The notes under the pieces: model-generated
Database searches by the model: none
What the model saw: only the letters and a program-made list of their open reading frames with translations
Told to the model about the DNA's origin: nothing
Shown here: piece by piece, positions 61,107-64,000 of the stretch
Numbering within the stretch: the first letter of the stretch is position 1
Layout of the letters: each line of letters begins with the position of its first letter
From: Alphaproteobacteria bacterium
GTDB taxonomy: Bacteria > Pseudomonadota > Alphaproteobacteria > MPNO01
DNA: 64,000 bases
Direction: 5' to 3'
NCBI GenBank assembly: GCA_965248835.1
Contig: CBDFLJ010000002.1
Span: 576,001-640,000, forward strand
Position numbers and translations under genes: made by a program

Positions 61107-61943
61107 GGCTCTGGACCCATAAAAGCGCTTTATGATTCTGTTTGGATCTGATTCAAGCTTCCAAACCATGGGAGCTTGAGGATGTCGGAGAGCTTTTGGC
61201 TGAGCGATGAGCAGTTTGGACGTCTGGCGCCGTTGTTGCCGACGGACACGCGCGGCGTGCCGCGGGTTGACGACCGGCGGGTGATATCGGGGATCATCCA
61301 TGTTCTTCAATCGGGCTGCCGGTGGAGGGATGCGCCGGCGGAATACGGCCCTCACAAGACGCTGTACAACCGCTTTGTCCGCTGGGCGCGCAAGGGTGTA
61401 TGGCAGGGCGTCTTCGTGCGGTTGGCGGAGGCTGGTGGACCGCCAGCGGCGGTGATGCTGGATTCGACCCATGTCAAGGCACACCGTTCGGCAGCAGGCG
61501 GAAAAGGGGGGCCGAGATCCAGGCGATCGGCCGCTCGCGGGGTGGGCGCACGACCAAGATCCATGCCGCCGTCGACGAGCACGGCCGGGCGCGACGGCTG
61601 ATCGTCGGGGCGGGCCATCGCGGCGACGCACCGATGGCGGCGCGCCTGATCGGAGCGATGGCGCCCGGCCTGTGTATCGCCGATACCGCCTACGACAGCG
61701 ACGCGCTCCGCGACCTGCTTCTCGACCGGGGCACCATCCCGGTCATCCCCAACAATCCGACCCGCAAACGGCATCACCCGTTCGACCGTCAGGCCTACCG
61801 TCTGCGCAACGTCATCGAACGTGCCTTCGCCCGACTCAAGGACTGGCGCCGGATCGCCACCCGATACGACAAACTCGCCCTGACCTACACCGCCGCCGTC
61901 ACCATCGCCGCCATCGTCATTTGTTGGTTATGAGTCTGGAGCC
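61107..61943 (+). mobile_element. IS5-family (IS427-like) insertion sequence
   Basis: IRs GGCTCTGGACCCATAA and TTATGAGTCTGGAGCC; TA (within CTAG) on both flanks. Confidence 0.88.
61182..61933 (+). CDS. IS5-family transposase with frameshift
   Basis: FWLSDEQ..DDRRVISGI..WRDAP.EYG..LDST.VKAHRSA; GGAAAAGGGGG slip site near 61500; IGRSRGG.TTKIH, ADTAYDS, RRIATRYDK. Confidence 0.9.
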
Positions 61944-62049
61944 TAGTGCAATTCGGTTTGCCGAAAGTCGAGTCGTGATCTAGACTTTGTTCGCCGGGTT
62001 CCGATTCGGCCACCAAGGGATGTTACGGGACCGGGAAGGGAGACTTGAG

Positions 62050-63591
62050 ATGATCCGCACGGGCGCGCAGTACCTCGAATCGATCCGCGACGGCAGGCGC
62101 GTGTATTGCGACGGCGAATTGATCGAGGATCTGACGACCAATCCCAAGACGCGCGGCTACGCAAACATGATCGCGCGCTACTACGACCTCCACCACGAGC
62201 CCGAACACCAGGAGGCACTGACCTTCCTCGACGAGGACGGCGTGCGGCGCGCCAAGCACTGGATGTTGCCCCGTTCCAAGGAAGATGTGGTCGCCAGGCG
62301 CCATTACCACGAGTTCTTCTGGCGTCATTCACAGGTCTGGACCCGTCCGCCGGCCAGCACCAACACGGTGATGTTCACCCTGATCGACGATCCCGACGTC
62401 TGGGAGGCGCAGACCGTCTTCGGCAAGGGCCGGCCGTTGGCTCAGAACATCCGCGATTGCTGGGACTCGCTTCGCCGCGAGGATCGCGCAATCGCGCCGA
62501 TGTTCCTGGATGTGCAGTACGATCGCTCCGATCCCGATTCGGTGCGCGAATCGCCGATGTTGCAGATCGTCAAGGAGACCGACGAGGGTGTCGTCGTGCG
62601 CGGATGGAAGGCGATCGGCACCATGGTCGTCTTCGCCAACGAGATCGAGATGGGCATCCTCTGGAAGCCCGGTACGATACCCGAGCAAGTGGTCTTCGGC
62701 ATGGTGCCGGTCAACCATCCGGGGATCACCCATGTGACGCGGCGCTCGAACGCGCTCGACGGGGTGAGCGAGTATGACTGGCCGCTTTCGAGCCAGGGCG
62801 ACGAGCTCGACAGCATGGCCTATTTCGACGACGTGCTGATCCCCTGGAATCGAGTGTGGCATCTGGGCAACATCGAGCACGCGAAGCTCTATCCGCAACG
62901 GATCTTCGACTGGATCCACATCGAGACGCAGACCCGGCACGTGGTCAATGCCGAGCTGATCGCCGGGCTCGCGGTGCTTGTCACCGAGAGCCTTGGAACC
63001 AACACCGCGCCGATCGTGCAGTCCCATGTCGCCGACCTGGTGCGCTTCCGGGAAACCTGCCGCGCCTTCACCCTGGCCGCCGAGGATACCGGCATCCATA
63101 CCCCGAGCGGCCTCTACAAGCCGAACAATATCTTCATCGATTTCGGGCGCGCCTATTATCTGGAGAACGTGCCGCACATGGTCGATCAACTCATCGACCT
63201 CTGCGGGCGCGGCGTCGTCATCCACCCGACGGAGGCCGATTTCGACAACCCCGACATCGGGCCGAAGCTGGCCGGGCTGTTCCGCGGCCCCGGGATCAGC
63301 GCGCGCGACCGCACCAAGATATTCAAGTTCATCAACGACCGGTTCCTGACGAGCTTCGCCGCGCGGCAGCAGATGTTCGAGAAGTTCAACGGCACACCGC
63401 TATTCCTGATCCGTCTGTTGACGATGCAGCGGGTCGAATACGCATCCGACGGGCCGTTGGTCGAGCTCGCCCGCAACATGGTTGGGCTCGGCGACGCTTC
63501 GGAGCTGGCCGCGCGCGCCGAGGCCGACGAGTTCCATCTCTCGGCCGAGCATCGCCCCGACTATATCCGGCAGCAGGACGTCGGCACCTGA
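62050..63591 (+). CDS. FADH2-dependent phenol monooxygenase, HpaB family, TftD/TcpA/HadA/NpcA-like
   Basis: MIRTG.QYLESI.DGR, YYDLHH, SQGDELDS, HAKLYPQRIFDW, YKPN...DFGRA, FNGTPLF. Confidence 0.88.
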   Translation: MIRTGAQYLESIRDGRRVYCDGELIEDLTTNPKTRGYANMIARYYDLHHEPEHQEALTFLDEDGVRRAKHWMLPRSKEDVVARRHYHEFFWRHSQVWTRPPASTNTVMFTLIDDPDVWEAQTVFGKGRPLAQNIRDCWDSLRREDRAIAPMFLDVQYDRSDPDSVRESPMLQIVKETDEGVVVRGWKAIGTMVVFANEIEMGILWKPGTIPEQVVFGMVPVNHPGITHVTRRSNALDGVSEYDWPLSSQGDELDSMAYFDDVLIPWNRVWHLGNIEHAKLYPQRIFDWIHIETQTRHVVNAELIAGLAVLVTESLGTNTAPIVQSHVADLVRFRETCRAFTLAAEDTGIHTPSGLYKPNNIFIDFGRAYYLENVPHMVDQLIDLCGRGVVIHPTEADFDNPDIGPKLAGLFRGPGISARDRTKIFKFINDRFLTSFAARQQMFEKFNGTPLFLIRLLTMQRVEYASDGPLVELARNMVGLGDASELAARAEADEFHLSAEHRPDYIRQQDVGT

Positions 63592-63767
63592 GAACCTGTC
63601 CGCGTATTCGTACTCGGCTGGACGAACGATCGGCGTCCATGGAGCGGTTGGTAAGAGGAGGCTCTGGAAGTCTTGACCTTGCCCGAATCCGCCAATGCTC
63701 AACCCCAAACCGTGATTGAGCCGCGCGGCCAGGCGAGAAGCAACATCGATCACGATGGAGGATAGCT

Positions 63768-64000
63768 GTGAAGCTCTACATGCACCCAGTATCGATGACG
63801 AGTCGGCCGGTGCGGCTTTTCATTGCCGAAAGCGGTATCGATGTCGATGAGCAGCAGGTCGATCTGATGACCGGTGAGCACCATCAGGCGCCGTTCGCGT
63901 CCATGAACCCGAACCGGCTGGTCCCGGTCCTCGAGGACGGCGATCTCTGTCTCACCGAGTGCTCGGCGATCCTGAAGTATCTCGCGGACAAGACGGACTC
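63768..64000 (+). CDS. Glutathione S-transferase, N-terminal part (runs off window)
   Basis: Own translation: MKLYMHPVSMTSRPV...VDLMTGEH...NPNRLVPVLEDGD..LTECSAILKYLA; GGAGG upstream of the GTG. Confidence 0.9.
   Translation, partial: MKLYMHPVSMTSRPVRLFIAESGIDVDEQQVDLMTGEHHQAPFASMNPNRLVPVLEDGDLCLTECSAILKYLADKTD

Overview
High-GC alphaproteobacterial DNA, probably Rhodospirillales-like (inferred from the rnc-era-recO-parC...arginyltransferase...hemB-rpoH order and a CIRCE-groES locus). 1-18 kb: core genes plus a TRAP transporter whose large subunit has an unusual long C-terminal extension. 18-46 kb: aromatic/heteroatom catabolic genes (LigJ, HpcH aldolase, two Liv-type ABC systems, FAH, two LLM monooxygenases, tandem UbiD decarboxylases, VOC protein, 3-His cupin, HsaA-like monooxygenase), then CIRCE-groES followed by only the 3' quarter of groEL, and a translationally coupled operon of aryl-CoA ligase, nitroreductase, TrmO-like and divergent Sua5/YrdC-like genes. 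From about 46.4 kb: an accessory, IS-riddled region with a phd-vapC toxin-antitoxin pair, a G+T-skewed tract, an IS66 remnant fused to DUF6356, an SDR and atypical TenA with a Pot-like ABC transporter, a patchwork of gene fragments, and a chain of IS630/IS630/IS5 elements joined at CTAG sites. A tyrosine-recombinase/IS91-like element is nested in a hairpin of the second IS630. The window ends with a TftD/TcpA-like (halo/nitro)phenol monooxygenase and a partial GST. No rRNA, tRNA or CRISPR array was seen. All family calls come from motifs recognised by eye; no database search was run.
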